NCBI GenBank assembly: GCA_963664815.2
Contig: CAXXHB010000002.1
Span: 608,001 to 672,000, forward strand
Reading direction: 5' to 3'
DNA from: Spirochaetota bacterium
Lineage (GTDB): Bacteria; Spirochaetota; UBA4802; UBA5550
DNA: 64,000 nucleotides
Shown here in pieces: positions 1 through 9,533 of this stretch. Numbering within the stretch: the stretch's first letter is position 1; every line of letters starts with the position of its first letter. The position numbers were made by a program, and so were the translations under genes. The notes below the pieces were generated by a model. The model was not told the origin of the DNA. It made no database searches and saw nothing but the letters and a program-made list of their open reading frames with translations.

Positions 1-1224
1 AAGTGTAACCCAAAGTAATGATCCACCTTCAGGATTGGTAACCCTTGTTCCTTCCGGAAAACTATCAAGTATGCAAGCTCTGACTTCACCGACCTGAATT
101 TTCAGAGAGTCGCGTAGTTTTCTCATATGGCGATCATATCCGCCCTCTTTAAGGAAGCGAGCCGCTGCAATCTGATTAATAGCCCCTGTAGAGATGTTAA
201 GCAGGTTTTTGAGACTGCATATTTCGTCAAAATATTTTTCACCGGGAGCTATCCAGCCTATGCGCAGACCCGGCGAAACTGTTTTTGTAATAGATGAACA
301 GTGAATGACATTACCTGTTTTATCGTAAGCCTTGCACGCTGATGGTCTGGAATCAAAATAAAGTTCTCCATATATATCATCCTCAATTAATATTACATTG
401 TACTCATCGAGGATTTCAACCATCTCTTTTTTTCTGTTCACGGCCATTGCAAAGCCGAGAGGATTATTAAAGTTAGGTATTGTAAACATAGCTTTGACAG
501 GATGATTTTCAAGTACAAACTTCAGTGTATCAAGGTTTACTCCGTCTTTTTCGGACGATGGTATCTCTATTAATTTAAGATTGAGACGCTGAAGAAGCTG
601 CAGTGAACTGAAATACATAGGACTTTCATAAATAATAGTATCTCCTGGTTTGCATAAAACCATAAGAGAAAGAAATATCGCTTCATGGCATCCATTGGTT
701 ACAATTATCTCCTCCGGGTTGAGATCTATTCCTGCAGACAGACTAAGCCGTGATATCTGTTTGCGGAGTTCCGGGTATCCCGGCGACATCATGTAAGCGA
801 AAGATTCATGATCGTGATAGCGGAGAGCTTCCTGTATATATTTGCTCAGTTTTTCTATTGGCCATAAGTCCGGGTGGATATTTGACAAACCAAGGTTAAG
901 TTCAGGACTGTATTTCCCTGAATACTGAAAAGCTCCATATATCTGGCATAACCCAAACTGTTGAGGGTCCATTAAAGCCGGGTCAATGGCCGAGGGTTCG
1001 TGATCCCGGTTTTTCTTTCTGACATAAAATCCGGACTGTGGGACTGCTTCTATATAATTCTGTTTTTCAAGTGTCCAGTATGCTTCTTTAATCGTATTTA
1101 TACTCACGCCGAGTTCACTGCTAAGTTGTCGCATTGACGGAATTCTGTCACCCTCCTTCAGTATTCCGTGGTGTATAAGTCCAAGAATTTTTTCTGCAAC
1201 TTGTTCATATCGTGTTGCTTTCAT
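1..1224 (-). CDS. MocR/GntR-family PLP-dependent transcriptional regulator (3' end runs off the window)
   Basis: Not in the ORF track. Manual translation from ATG at 1224 gives MKATRYEQVAEKILGLIHHGILKEGDRIPSMRQLSSELGVSINTIKEAYWTLE..PQSGFYV (GntR wHTH), followed by aminotransferase motifs (PNFNNPLG, IEDDIYGEL, SITKTVSPGLRIGW). GAGG RBS upstream. Confidence 0.93.
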   Translation of the reverse strand, partial: MKATRYEQVAEKILGLIHHGILKEGDRIPSMRQLSSELGVSINTIKEAYWTLEKQNYIEAVPQSGFYVRKKNRDHEPSAIDPALMDPQQFGLCQIYGAFQYSGKYSPELNLGLSNIHPDLWPIEKLSKYIQEALRYHDHESFAYMMSPGYPELRKQISRLSLSAGIDLNPEEIIVTNGCHEAIFLSLMVLCKPGDTIIYESPMYFSSLQLLQRLNLKLIEIPSSEKDGVNLDTLKFVLENHPVKAMFTIPNFNNPLGFAMAVNRKKEMVEILDEYNVILIEDDIYGELYFDSRPSACKAYDKTGNVIHCSSITKTVSPGLRIGWIAPGEKYFDEICSLKNLLNISTGAINQIAAARFLKEGGYDRHMRKLRDSLKIQVGEVRACILDSFPEGTRVTNPEGGSLLWVTL

Positions 1225-1254
1225 AAATTTAACCTCGTTTTCCGGCTCATCTAT

Positions 1255-1364
1255 GACAGGTTTACAGTTCCGGATAAATAAATAAAGACACAGTTTTGTT
1301 AAAATATAGGGACACAGTAATATTTCAACAATATCTGTTATAGTATGAAATTTTATAACTGGTG
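1255..1364. promoter_or_regulatory. Putative MocR operator boxes in the divergent promoter
   Basis: GACACAGT direct repeat at 1287-1294 and 1311-1318, with further ACAG/CTGT motifs, between the divergent regulator and DUF2917 genes. Confidence 0.4.
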
Positions 1365-1424
1365 CTTAAAAATAAAACAATTTTAAAGTAAATTTTTAAA
1401 AAATTCAGGGAAGGATATTTTATC

Positions 1425-1751
1425 ATGAATGTTGGAAAATCTGAAGAAAATAATTTGCTCATAGAAAAGGGATCTGTTGCATCATTCAAGAGAGGTGAAT
1501 ATGTTATCTATTGCATGAATGGAATTATATGGGTAACATGGCCCGGGAGTGCTGATGTTATACTGAAGGAAGGAGATGATATTTTTGTCAGATCATCAGG
1601 AAAACTCTGCATAACGGCATTATCGGAAGTCTGTATTAATATTAAAAATAATAAAATGAGTATCGGGATTGAAGGTTTCAGAGAATTAGTGTTGAGAAAA
1701 ATCAATGGGCTGTTTTTATCCTATTTGAAAAAAGATGTAATCCGATATTAA
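1425..1751 (+). CDS. DUF2917-like small cupin-type protein
   Basis: C..G.IWVT...DVIL..GD motif. Divergent from a MocR regulator, a common context for DUF2917. Confidence 0.7.
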   Translation: MNVGKSEENNLLIEKGSVASFKRGEYVIYCMNGIIWVTWPGSADVILKEGDDIFVRSSGKLCITALSEVCINIKNNKMSIGIEGFRELVLRKINGLFLSYLKKDVIRY

Positions 1752-1937
1752 TTGGCGGATAATCATAAACTTAACTAAGTGTTTTTACTTAATGTAAATT
1801 AAGGGTTTTCCCTTATATGTTATTTTTTTAATTTATTTGACTTTATAAATTAAAGAGTTAAATGTTAATAATCAGGCTTGGTACTGATATCCTATTTATC
1901 AACTTATGAAAGCTGAATAACGGTCAATCCTTCCAAT

Positions 1938-1974
1938 TTCATGAGAGAAGTCCCTTCGGGGCTTCTCTCATGAA
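1938..1974. terminator. Strong hairpin / probable terminator
   Basis: TTCATGAGAGAAG(T)CCC-TTCG-GGGCTTCTCTCATGAA, a near-perfect stem with a UUCG loop. Confidence 0.6.
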
Positions 1975-2190
1975 TATCAGGCATTTTATTAACATTCTAA
2001 GAATATCTTCGATAAACGCCAGGTTCCCCAATTAATGATTAAAATAAATGAAATTCCTGAACTCATCGCTATATAAAAAACTGAAATTTAACATTATGCT
2101 GCAGTCTTGGCATAATAAACATTTTATAAATAATTGACAAATACCTGTTCGGTACAATAGTGACATCAATATTTATCAAAGGATTTTTGT

Positions 2191-3186
2191 ATGAATACAG
2201 GGTATAAATTTAGAGTTTTTACTATTATTTTAGTTTTTATTACATATCTTTTAAGTTCAAACGTTTTTTCAGCCCAGGAAACGGATAAATCCATAACCAA
2301 CAGTGTCAATAAAGAAAATATAACAGATAATGCTTCGGGTAATGATGACATTACTGCACAGGATATAACCCGCTGGTCGATACTTGGAGGTACTGTTCCG
2401 GTAGTTTTTCTTTTCGGATTAAAATCATGGGATTGGGGTGATAGGCATAGTCCTTATTCGAAAAGAGAAGGTTTCTTTGGTGAAAGTACCAGTTTTGGTG
2501 GAGCTGATAAAGCGGGGCATTTCTTTGCACATTATATGGTACAGAGAGGAGTTTATAATATTTTTAACTGGACCGAAGATGGCGAAAACCAGAAATGGGC
2601 CTACTCTATAGGAACTACCATGATGGTGGGTTTATTTATTGAAGTAGGAGATGCATATACTTCTGCTTACGGGTTTTCATATGAAGATCTGGTAGTTGAT
2701 TACACCGGTATTCTTATCGGAGCAGCACTTGATTATTGGCCAACTCTTGATGGATTTATAGGATTTAGTATTGAGTATATTCCTTCAGATGCTTACAGGA
2801 ATGGATATAATAAAAATGAACGCATTAAATATGCACTTGATATTGTAAATGACTATAGCGGGCAGCAGGTTATGATGAATTTTAAACCCGCTGGATTTCG
2901 GAACCTCGGTTTTGATGTTCCACTTGCTCTGAGATTGCTCAGCATTGATGTTGGATATTATACCAAAGGATATACTCATTATGATATAGGGGAATATTCT
3001 CATAAACATGAAAGAGATATTTTTGTGGGTGTGTCCATAAACTCAGCCCAGCTTCTCTCTGAATTGTGGCCTGTAGAACACAGAAATGTTGTATACACAA
3101 TGTCTCATACATTTCTTGAATATTACCATCTGCCTTACGATCGCCTGCCTGTGCCTACAAGGTATGTTAATGATCTTAACGAGTAA
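2191..3186 (+). CDS. DUF2279/YfiM-family exported membrane protein
   Basis: Signal peptide, GGADKAGHF motif, E..D....GFS.ED motif and NDYSGQ. Confidence 0.75.
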   Translation: MNTGYKFRVFTIILVFITYLLSSNVFSAQETDKSITNSVNKENITDNASGNDDITAQDITRWSILGGTVPVVFLFGLKSWDWGDRHSPYSKREGFFGESTSFGGADKAGHFFAHYMVQRGVYNIFNWTEDGENQKWAYSIGTTMMVGLFIEVGDAYTSAYGFSYEDLVVDYTGILIGAALDYWPTLDGFIGFSIEYIPSDAYRNGYNKNERIKYALDIVNDYSGQQVMMNFKPAGFRNLGFDVPLALRLLSIDVGYYTKGYTHYDIGEYSHKHERDIFVGVSINSAQLLSELWPVEHRNVVYTMSHTFLEYYHLPYDRLPVPTRYVNDLNE

Positions 3187-3210
3187 TGATTGCAAATAAA
3201 AAGTATTAAG

Positions 3211-3245
3211 AGCGGGGGTGTTAATAAATCCTCCGCTGTTTATTT
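3211..3245 (+). terminator. Putative intrinsic terminator
   Basis: AGCGGGGG...TCCTCCGCT stem followed by GTTTATTT, downstream of the DUF2279 stop. Confidence 0.45.
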
Positions 3246-3277
3246 GTGGATGTGAAAAACAAGATTAATAAATAACT

Positions 3278-3778
3278 GTGAAAAATGTTATAATTGATTC
3301 ATCCTCTGCAATACTGATTTACAGAAGCGGTATGTTTTCAGCTCTGCTAAGGTATTGTTACCCTGTCATACCGGAGTCTGTTTACAGAGAAGTGACGGTA
3401 TCCGGGCACACTGGGTCCGATTTTTTTTCGGATCTTTGTGAAAAGGGTGTAATAACTGTATATAAGACAACGGAGAGATTTGACCTTTCACTAAGCTTTC
3501 TTCATGAAGGTGAGCGGGGTGTTATCGATATCTTTTATGAAGGGAAAGGCGATTTTGTTATCATGGATGACGGGAAGGGGGGTGCATTTTGCAGGGATAA
3601 TAACATTCCGTATATAAATGCATTGCTGGCTGTAAAAATTATGTTAATGAAAAAAATAGTTACTGAAGCTGAATATGCAGATGCAAGGCGTTGGCTCCTT
3701 AAATATGGAAGATATTCTGAAAAGGTAAAATTGTGGACAGATAATGCCGATGAACATATGCTTTCTTTTTTTTTATAA
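3278..3778 (+). CDS. PIN-like (DUF3368-type) predicted nucleic-acid-binding/nuclease protein
   Basis: VIIDSS, IPESVYRE, LHEGE and VIMDD acidic PIN pattern. GTG start. Confidence 0.7.
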   Translation: MKNVIIDSSSAILIYRSGMFSALLRYCYPVIPESVYREVTVSGHTGSDFFSDLCEKGVITVYKTTERFDLSLSFLHEGERGVIDIFYEGKGDFVIMDDGKGGAFCRDNNIPYINALLAVKIMLMKKIVTEAEYADARRWLLKYGRYSEKVKLWTDNADEHMLSFFL

Positions 3779-3901
3779 GAAAAAAACGGCAGCAATGAAA
3801 AAAACGAGGGATGAAAATAGTTTCCGGTTTTTGTTGGAGGAGTATTTAAAAGAACAGTTGCAAGCATATTTTCAAGATTTGAAAAGATATAAAATTCTAT
3901 A

Positions 3902-4474
3902 TTATTTTTCACCACATGCAATAAAAGTTTCAATCTTAATCTCTTCTCCGGTTTCAACAGAAACTGTGAAAAAGTGATCCAGTTTTTCAATGGATATGTT
4001 TCTGAATCCAGTTTTTATAAACCAGACATAAAGATCGGGAAGAGAAAAACCGGGCCACCTGTTGTGATGATTTTCAATGTACTTCGTATGATCGTGAAGT
4101 ATAATATCGGTTATTGCAGCTTTACCCCCGGATTTCAGAATACGGAAAATTTCTTTGAGTGAGGCCTGAGGATTGTCAGTATGGTGAAGATACATGTTGG
4201 CAAAGGCGTAATCCACAGAGTTGTCATCAAGTTTAATAATATCAGAATCAGTCAGTAATGCTTCGAACTCTTTTATATTAGCGAATTTTTCTTTCATAAA
4301 ATCAATCATGGCTGGAGATGTTTCCACTGCTATGACATTTAAGTCAGCGTCAAGGAGCCCCTCGGAAAAGAATCCGATGCCGGCTCCTATATCTGCGGCA
4401 GTCTTTCCGCTGATTGTCTTAAGCTGCATAACAGCCTCGTCTCTTATCTTTTTTGAATAGAATTCTTCTTTCAT
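3902..4474 (-). CDS. Class I SAM-dependent methyltransferase
   Basis: ADIGAGIG motif I, DNSVD, LHH, EIFRILKSGG. Confidence 0.9.
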   Translation of the reverse strand: MKEEFYSKKIRDEAVMQLKTISGKTAADIGAGIGFFSEGLLDADLNVIAVETSPAMIDFMKEKFANIKEFEALLTDSDIIKLDDNSVDYAFANMYLHHTDNPQASLKEIFRILKSGGKAAITDIILHDHTKYIENHHNRWPGFSLPDLYVWFIKTGFRNISIEKLDHFFTVSVETGEEIKIETFIACGEK

Positions 4475-4676
4475 GGAAAATCCTCTGTATATAATTATAT
4501 ACTGTATTTAATTCGATTTTATGTAATGCACATAATAATAAAAGCAATAAAATTTTTTATTGCAAATAGTTAAAGCAGACATAACATGTGTGTTTAATTA
4601 TTACAGTTTTAAACGTTATATTTAATTTTGCACACATCTTATGTGTGATAGAGAATCACCGGCTTCAGGATATTAA

Positions 4677-5549
4677 ATGGATATTGAGATCTGCTACAGA
4701 ATACTGCAAATCGTGGAGTCCACATCGGATGAGGAGATTTCACGGTCCTTTAAGGCTTTGGCAATGAAATACCATCCCGATAAAAATCCGCAGAGGCGCG
4801 AATGGGCAAATGAGCAGATGACCATTCTTAATACCGCCTATTCAACACTTATGAGCTACAGATTCAGCCAGGGGAGTCCTGAAGCGGCGAATGAAATAAG
4901 AAAAAATGAACAGGAGCAGAGAGGAAGATCTTCCCATACCGGAGAAAGCCGAAAGAATGATTCACGCAGCCAGACAACAAGTGAAGAAGACAGAGAGTAT
5001 CTTATAAGCAGATTCATTCATGCAAGAGAGGACGCAAAGGATGTAATGTATAAGTATTTTCAGTATAATCTATACAACTTCCACCGCAGGGAGGATAGGG
5101 GAAACAGAAGAATATACAATGACATAATTGTTTCCTTAAGGAAATCATATCATCTGATAAAAAAATATTCATCTCTTACCGGAGACAGTGAACTTCTTGA
5201 GCATTTCAATATTTTTAACAGAATGATTTTTGATTTCTACAGAGCGTCCGAATGTATGAATATAATTGATTCATATAATGACAGCTATGAGGTTGATGCT
5301 TACAGGATGTACAGAAAAGGGGATGAACATCTTCACATGAGCGAAAAGGAACTTTTTTTTGACAGGCACAACAGAGGCCATCTTGATATGAGAAAAACAG
5401 TACCGGAACTTCTTGACGCTGAGAACATATTCAGAAGGACTCTACAGGTGTATAAAAATTCATCGTGGACAGTGGAATCATCTATTAAATTAGAATACGT
5501 TTTATCACTGAAGGCTTATATTACATTATTTTTTTCCTCTGACTCTTAA
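4677..5549 (+). CDS. J-domain (DnaJ class C) protein
   Basis: N-terminal J domain with KYHPDKN, then a helical C-terminal region without a Zn finger. Confidence 0.85.
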   Translation: MDIEICYRILQIVESTSDEEISRSFKALAMKYHPDKNPQRREWANEQMTILNTAYSTLMSYRFSQGSPEAANEIRKNEQEQRGRSSHTGESRKNDSRSQTTSEEDREYLISRFIHAREDAKDVMYKYFQYNLYNFHRREDRGNRRIYNDIIVSLRKSYHLIKKYSSLTGDSELLEHFNIFNRMIFDFYRASECMNIIDSYNDSYEVDAYRMYRKGDEHLHMSEKELFFDRHNRGHLDMRKTVPELLDAENIFRRTLQVYKNSSWTVESSIKLEYVLSLKAYITLFFSSDS

Positions 5550-5675
5550 CAATTTTACTATTGACAGGAGATGCAGTCAGCAACGAATTGGGAAAAACCG
5601 GTCTGTTCCGGGGATTGCCTGAGTATGTTACATGTGTGCGGGATTGTTGAAAATAAAAGAAAATAGAAGGATGTT

Positions 5676-6839
5676 ATGACTCAATACAGCAATGATTCAC
5701 CGATATATACAGAAATAGACCTGGATGCTTTCAGGAATAACATGAAAGAGATAAAAAAAATATTAAAACCAGGTACAGAGATAATGGCCGTGGTAAAAGC
5801 TGATGCATACGGTCACGGAGGAGATAGAATTGCCCGTGAAGCTGTTATGTGTGGTGCGTCATATCTTGCAGTAGCGAGAATGAATGAAGCTATCCGCATA
5901 AGAGAGTGTGGGATAAGTGTCCCGGTTCTCCTTTTTGATGATTGCGTTTCGGAAAACACATCGAGGTATATTGAACTGAATGTTCGCCCTACAATCAATA
6001 CTTTAGCTGAAGCTGAAAATTTTTCCCATCAGGCATCACTTAGCGGAAAAAGACTGAAAGTTCATATAAAAATAGATACTGGTATGGGACGTCTTGGATT
6101 TATCGCAGACGGACTTTCCTTTAATAATGATATAAGTACTCTTCCAGAATTAATAAAAAAAATTTCTCAGCTTCCATATATTGAAATTGAGGGTATATAT
6201 TCCCATTTTGCAAATGCCGATACAAAAGATAAAACTCATGCGAATAGTCAGTTAAGTCTATTTTTAAATCTGAAAAAAGAACTGGAAAATATTTTACCCG
6301 GAAATATACTTTTTCATATGGCAAACAGTGCTGGTATAATGGACATACCGCAGTCTCATTTTGATATAGTCCGTCCCGGAATAATAATGTATGGTCTTTA
6401 TCCATCGGATGAAGTTGACAGGAGCAGAATTAATCTTAAACCGGTTATGTCGCTGAAATCAAAAATCATCCATATCAAAAAAGTAGGACCAGGTTTTAAA
6501 GTCAGTTATGGCAGTACTTTTGAAACTGATCGGGAAACAGTAATTGCAACTGTCCCTGCCGGGTATGCTGATGGTTTGAGCAGACATTTATCTTCAAAAG
6601 GGGAAATGCTTGTTCATGGAAAAAGAGCTCCTGTTCTCGGAAGGGTATGTATGGATCTTACAATGATTGATGTAACTTATATAGATGGAGTAAAACTAAA
6701 TGATGAAGTAGTCATCATTGGTGAACAGGGCGGAAGCAGCATTTCTGCGGATGAGGTAGCTGAAAAAACAGGTACAATAAGCTACGAGGTTTTAACATCA
6801 ATTGCGCCAAGGGTACCAAGAAGATTTATAAATGAATGA
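5676..6839 (+). CDS. alr: Alanine racemase
   Basis: AVVKADAYGHG, KIDTGMGRLG, GYADG and GRVCMD motifs. Confidence 0.97.
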   Translation: MTQYSNDSPIYTEIDLDAFRNNMKEIKKILKPGTEIMAVVKADAYGHGGDRIAREAVMCGASYLAVARMNEAIRIRECGISVPVLLFDDCVSENTSRYIELNVRPTINTLAEAENFSHQASLSGKRLKVHIKIDTGMGRLGFIADGLSFNNDISTLPELIKKISQLPYIEIEGIYSHFANADTKDKTHANSQLSLFLNLKKELENILPGNILFHMANSAGIMDIPQSHFDIVRPGIIMYGLYPSDEVDRSRINLKPVMSLKSKIIHIKKVGPGFKVSYGSTFETDRETVIATVPAGYADGLSRHLSSKGEMLVHGKRAPVLGRVCMDLTMIDVTYIDGVKLNDEVVIIGEQGGSSISADEVAEKTGTISYEVLTSIAPRVPRRFINE

Positions 6840-7126
6840 GAGATATAAAGAGAACAGAAATGATAGAGAGCTGTACAAATAAAAAAGAGATACTTTATCC
6901 GGCAGAGATTATGTTCAAGGCAGTTTTCAGGAATATGCCATATACAATGGATACTATAAAAAACATAGTTCATGAACATGCGGCAAACGGTAATGTTACT
7001 TCACGAGAAAGTTCCGGCGGAAAGTTCATATCCTATACGGTTTCAGGGATATTCATTTCGGAGGATGTTTTAAATTCCACATGTACAAAGATTACAATGA
7101 TTAACGGATTCATGTCTATGTTTTAA
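6836..7126 (+). CDS. DUF493/YbeD-like protein
   Basis: YP..FK..., SRESSGGKFISYTV motif. Overlaps the alr stop (ATGA). Confidence 0.7.
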   Translation: MRDIKRTEMIESCTNKKEILYPAEIMFKAVFRNMPYTMDTIKNIVHEHAANGNVTSRESSGGKFISYTVSGIFISEDVLNSTCTKITMINGFMSMF

Positions 7127-7142
7127 ATGGGTACTGATTTAT

Positions 7143-7598
7143 TCAGGAATTGTTTTTATCAGAATCATCAAATTCCTTCTCAGTAAAAACTGTTATACCA
7201 GATTTAATAAAAAGATCAGCGGTAATACCGTTACCGGTTGTAAGATTTCCGCAGAATGTTCCATCATAAATCATTCCACAACCACAGGATGGGCTTTTTG
7301 ATTTTAAAATAGCGATAGTAATTTTATTTTTTTTGGCTATCTCAAGTGATAACGTCGCCCCGGTGATAAATTCTTCAGTGAAGTCAGTCCCATTTTCTGA
7401 TATAATCTTTGTTGAACCGTTTTCATTTATCCGTAATTCACATCTGGGACGAGGTATTGTGAGGCCACCGAGTATTTCCGGACAGACAGATACGGCATCG
7501 CCGTTTTCTACAAGCTCCTGTAAAGCATTAATTGTGTTGGAATTTCCGTCATACCTGCATCTTTCGCCGGCGAGACAAGCACTGACAAGGTATTTCAT
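7143..7598 (-). CDS. DUF523 family protein (2-thiouracil desulfurase-like Fe-S protein)
   Basis: VSACLAG..CRYDG, CPE..GGL..PR and LKSKSPSCG. Start re-assigned to MKYLVSAC at 7598. Confidence 0.9.
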   Translation of the reverse strand: MKYLVSACLAGERCRYDGNSNTINALQELVENGDAVSVCPEILGGLTIPRPRCELRINENGSTKIISENGTDFTEEFITGATLSLEIAKKNKITIAILKSKSPSCGCGMIYDGTFCGNLTTGNGITADLFIKSGITVFTEKEFDDSDKNNS

Positions 7599-7612
7599 GC
7601 AGTAATATCCAT

Positions 7613-8833
7613 CTATTTCTGCGACATACCGGCTACTGCACCGGTGCTCCACGCAAACTGAAGGTTGAATCCTCCGCTGTCACCATCTATATCGAGAAGT
7701 TCGCCGGTTACAAAAAGGTTTTTCACAAGTTTTGATTCCATTGTTGAGGGATCGATTTCATCAACTGAAACTCCCCCGGCTGCAACTACGGCTTCGTCGA
7801 ATCCTCTTGGTTTCCCCGGTGTAATATGTAAATCTTTAAGTGCAGATGAAATTATCTCTTTATCATTTTGTGACAGAGTACCACACCTTTTATCAGGATC
7901 AATTCCGGCCATGGACAGGATAACATCCGGCATTCTTTCTTTGAGTATTCCAAGGAGAGAGAAAGAAAGCTTTTTATTCTTATCATTGAAAAGTATTTCA
8001 AGCATCTGATTAAGTTCATTATGGCTCAATGATGGAAAAAAATCCAATGATATGTCAGGTTTTTTCCCGGATAAGACCAGTTCATTAACACATCTTGATA
8101 CTTTTAGTGAAGCTGGGCCTGATATCCCATATGCTGTAAATAGGAGCTCATCGTATGATTCGGCCATACATTCTCTATTGTAATAAACCTTTACGCCGCA
8201 ATTCCATTTTATCCCCTGAAGTGTATGAATTGCTTTATGAGGGATGTTTAACGGAAGAATGGCCGGGAAGGGTTCATAAATTTTATGCCCAAGGCTTGCC
8301 GCGATGTCATAACCGGATCTGGAGGCGCCAGCTGCCGGGAAAGCCGGGCTTCCACATGCGAGGATAACTGAATCAAAAAGTTCTTCTTCCATGCCGTTAG
8401 TTATAAGTCTGAACTTTTTATTCTCGGGGATAATGGTTTCAATCTTCCTGTGAATACGTATATCAACTCCCCGGAGTGGGAGTTCATATTCAAATACTTT
8501 AGTCACGATTGATGCCTGGAGTGAAGCGGGGAAGAGTTTTCCATTCTCCTCCTCAGTAAAAGGAATCCCAACTGAGCTGAAAAAGCTGTTTGTTTCTTTA
8601 AATCCGAATCGTGAAAAAACAAAGTTCACAAATTCCGGATTATGGCCATGGTATCTGTCTTTTTTGATGTTTTTATTTGATATGTTACATCTGCCATTGC
8701 CAGTTACAAGAATTTTCCGGCCGATTTTTTTCTGTTTTTCAAAGAGAGTTACATTATGTCGTTCAGATGCAAAATATGCCGCCATCAGTCCTGAAGCGCC
8801 CCCTCCGATAATTGCTGTTTTTTTTTCTTTCAT
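7613..8833 (-). CDS. HI0933/YhiN-family NAD(P)/FAD-dependent oxidoreductase
   Basis: IIGGGASG, GRKILVTGNGRCN and GELLDIDG.SGGFNLQFAWSTG. Confidence 0.93.
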   Translation of the reverse strand: MKEKKTAIIGGGASGLMAAYFASERHNVTLFEKQKKIGRKILVTGNGRCNISNKNIKKDRYHGHNPEFVNFVFSRFGFKETNSFFSSVGIPFTEEENGKLFPASLQASIVTKVFEYELPLRGVDIRIHRKIETIIPENKKFRLITNGMEEELFDSVILACGSPAFPAAGASRSGYDIAASLGHKIYEPFPAILPLNIPHKAIHTLQGIKWNCGVKVYYNRECMAESYDELLFTAYGISGPASLKVSRCVNELVLSGKKPDISLDFFPSLSHNELNQMLEILFNDKNKKLSFSLLGILKERMPDVILSMAGIDPDKRCGTLSQNDKEIISSALKDLHITPGKPRGFDEAVVAAGGVSVDEIDPSTMESKLVKNLFVTGELLDIDGDSGGFNLQFAWSTGAVAGMSQK

Positions 8834-8845
8834 TATTATATGGAT

Positions 8846-9394
8846 TTAATCAGTTTTTTTTAAGGCTTGCCAGTTATCCTGGGTACCTGTATACCTGTAG
8901 TAACCTTTTATTGTTTTTTTATCAGATGTAAAAATTCCGTAAAAATCCTGTTCAAAATAAGCTGTTCCCCCATACTTGACAAGATCTTCTTTTGTTTTAA
9001 TAATTCTTTTAAAATATATTTTCTCATCTGTGACTTTTAAATTAACAAGTGGCTGGGGAGTGCCATTACCCCAGTTAAAAAACTTTATTGTCCCGTAAAA
9101 CTTTCCGTCTGTGATTCCAATGAATAATTCTCCCTTGAATCCGGACATTGACAGATCGAAGTTCCCGACATGGTGTTCCATATCATTAATACCGCTTTCA
9201 TTAACATTGTTGCCTGGTAAAATAGTTTCTTTTTCTTCAGTAGCTGAACTATTATCTTTTTCTTCGGTTGATTTAATATTCTCTTTGATAATGGAGATAC
9301 TCTCGTTTTTTACAGATTTAGTGCAGGCTGAAATTAAAAAAATAATCATAATTATTGAAAGAAGATAGTTTTTATTATTCATATTTTTATCCAT
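8846..9394 (-). CDS. Hypothetical lipoprotein
   Basis: Hydrophobic stretch with LISAC lipobox and a beta-rich C-terminal domain. Confidence 0.7.
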   Translation of the reverse strand: MDKNMNNKNYLLSIIMIIFLISACTKSVKNESISIIKENIKSTEEKDNSSATEEKETILPGNNVNESGINDMEHHVGNFDLSMSGFKGELFIGITDGKFYGTIKFFNWGNGTPQPLVNLKVTDEKIYFKRIIKTKEDLVKYGGTAYFEQDFYGIFTSDKKTIKGYYRYTGTQDNWQALKKTD

Positions 9395-9533
9395 TGTTTA
9401 AATAATGTGGAGTGATATATTATTATCGGATTTGATCATCGTTAATTATACCTGAAATAAACATATAATATAATACAGTAATTGAATATAATGTGGTTAA
9501 ACTGCTAAGTCCAATGAAATTAAAAAAGAGTAC

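Noticed and set aside
3744-3977. 77-aa + strand ORF after the PIN-like gene, as a possible antitoxin
   Set aside because: It overlaps both the PIN gene and the convergent methyltransferase, has no RBS or recognisable fold, and lies downstream rather than upstream.
5560-5660. SRP RNA or riboswitch upstream of alr
   Set aside because: No SRP domain IV (CAGG..GNRA..AGCA) or known aptamer consensus is recognisable.
7599-7652. Extended N-termini in the ORF track (DUF523 here; likewise crt, patatin, SpoIID fusion, DUF4139 and hoxH)
   Set aside because: Downstream ATGs have better RBS spacing and match where family homology begins.
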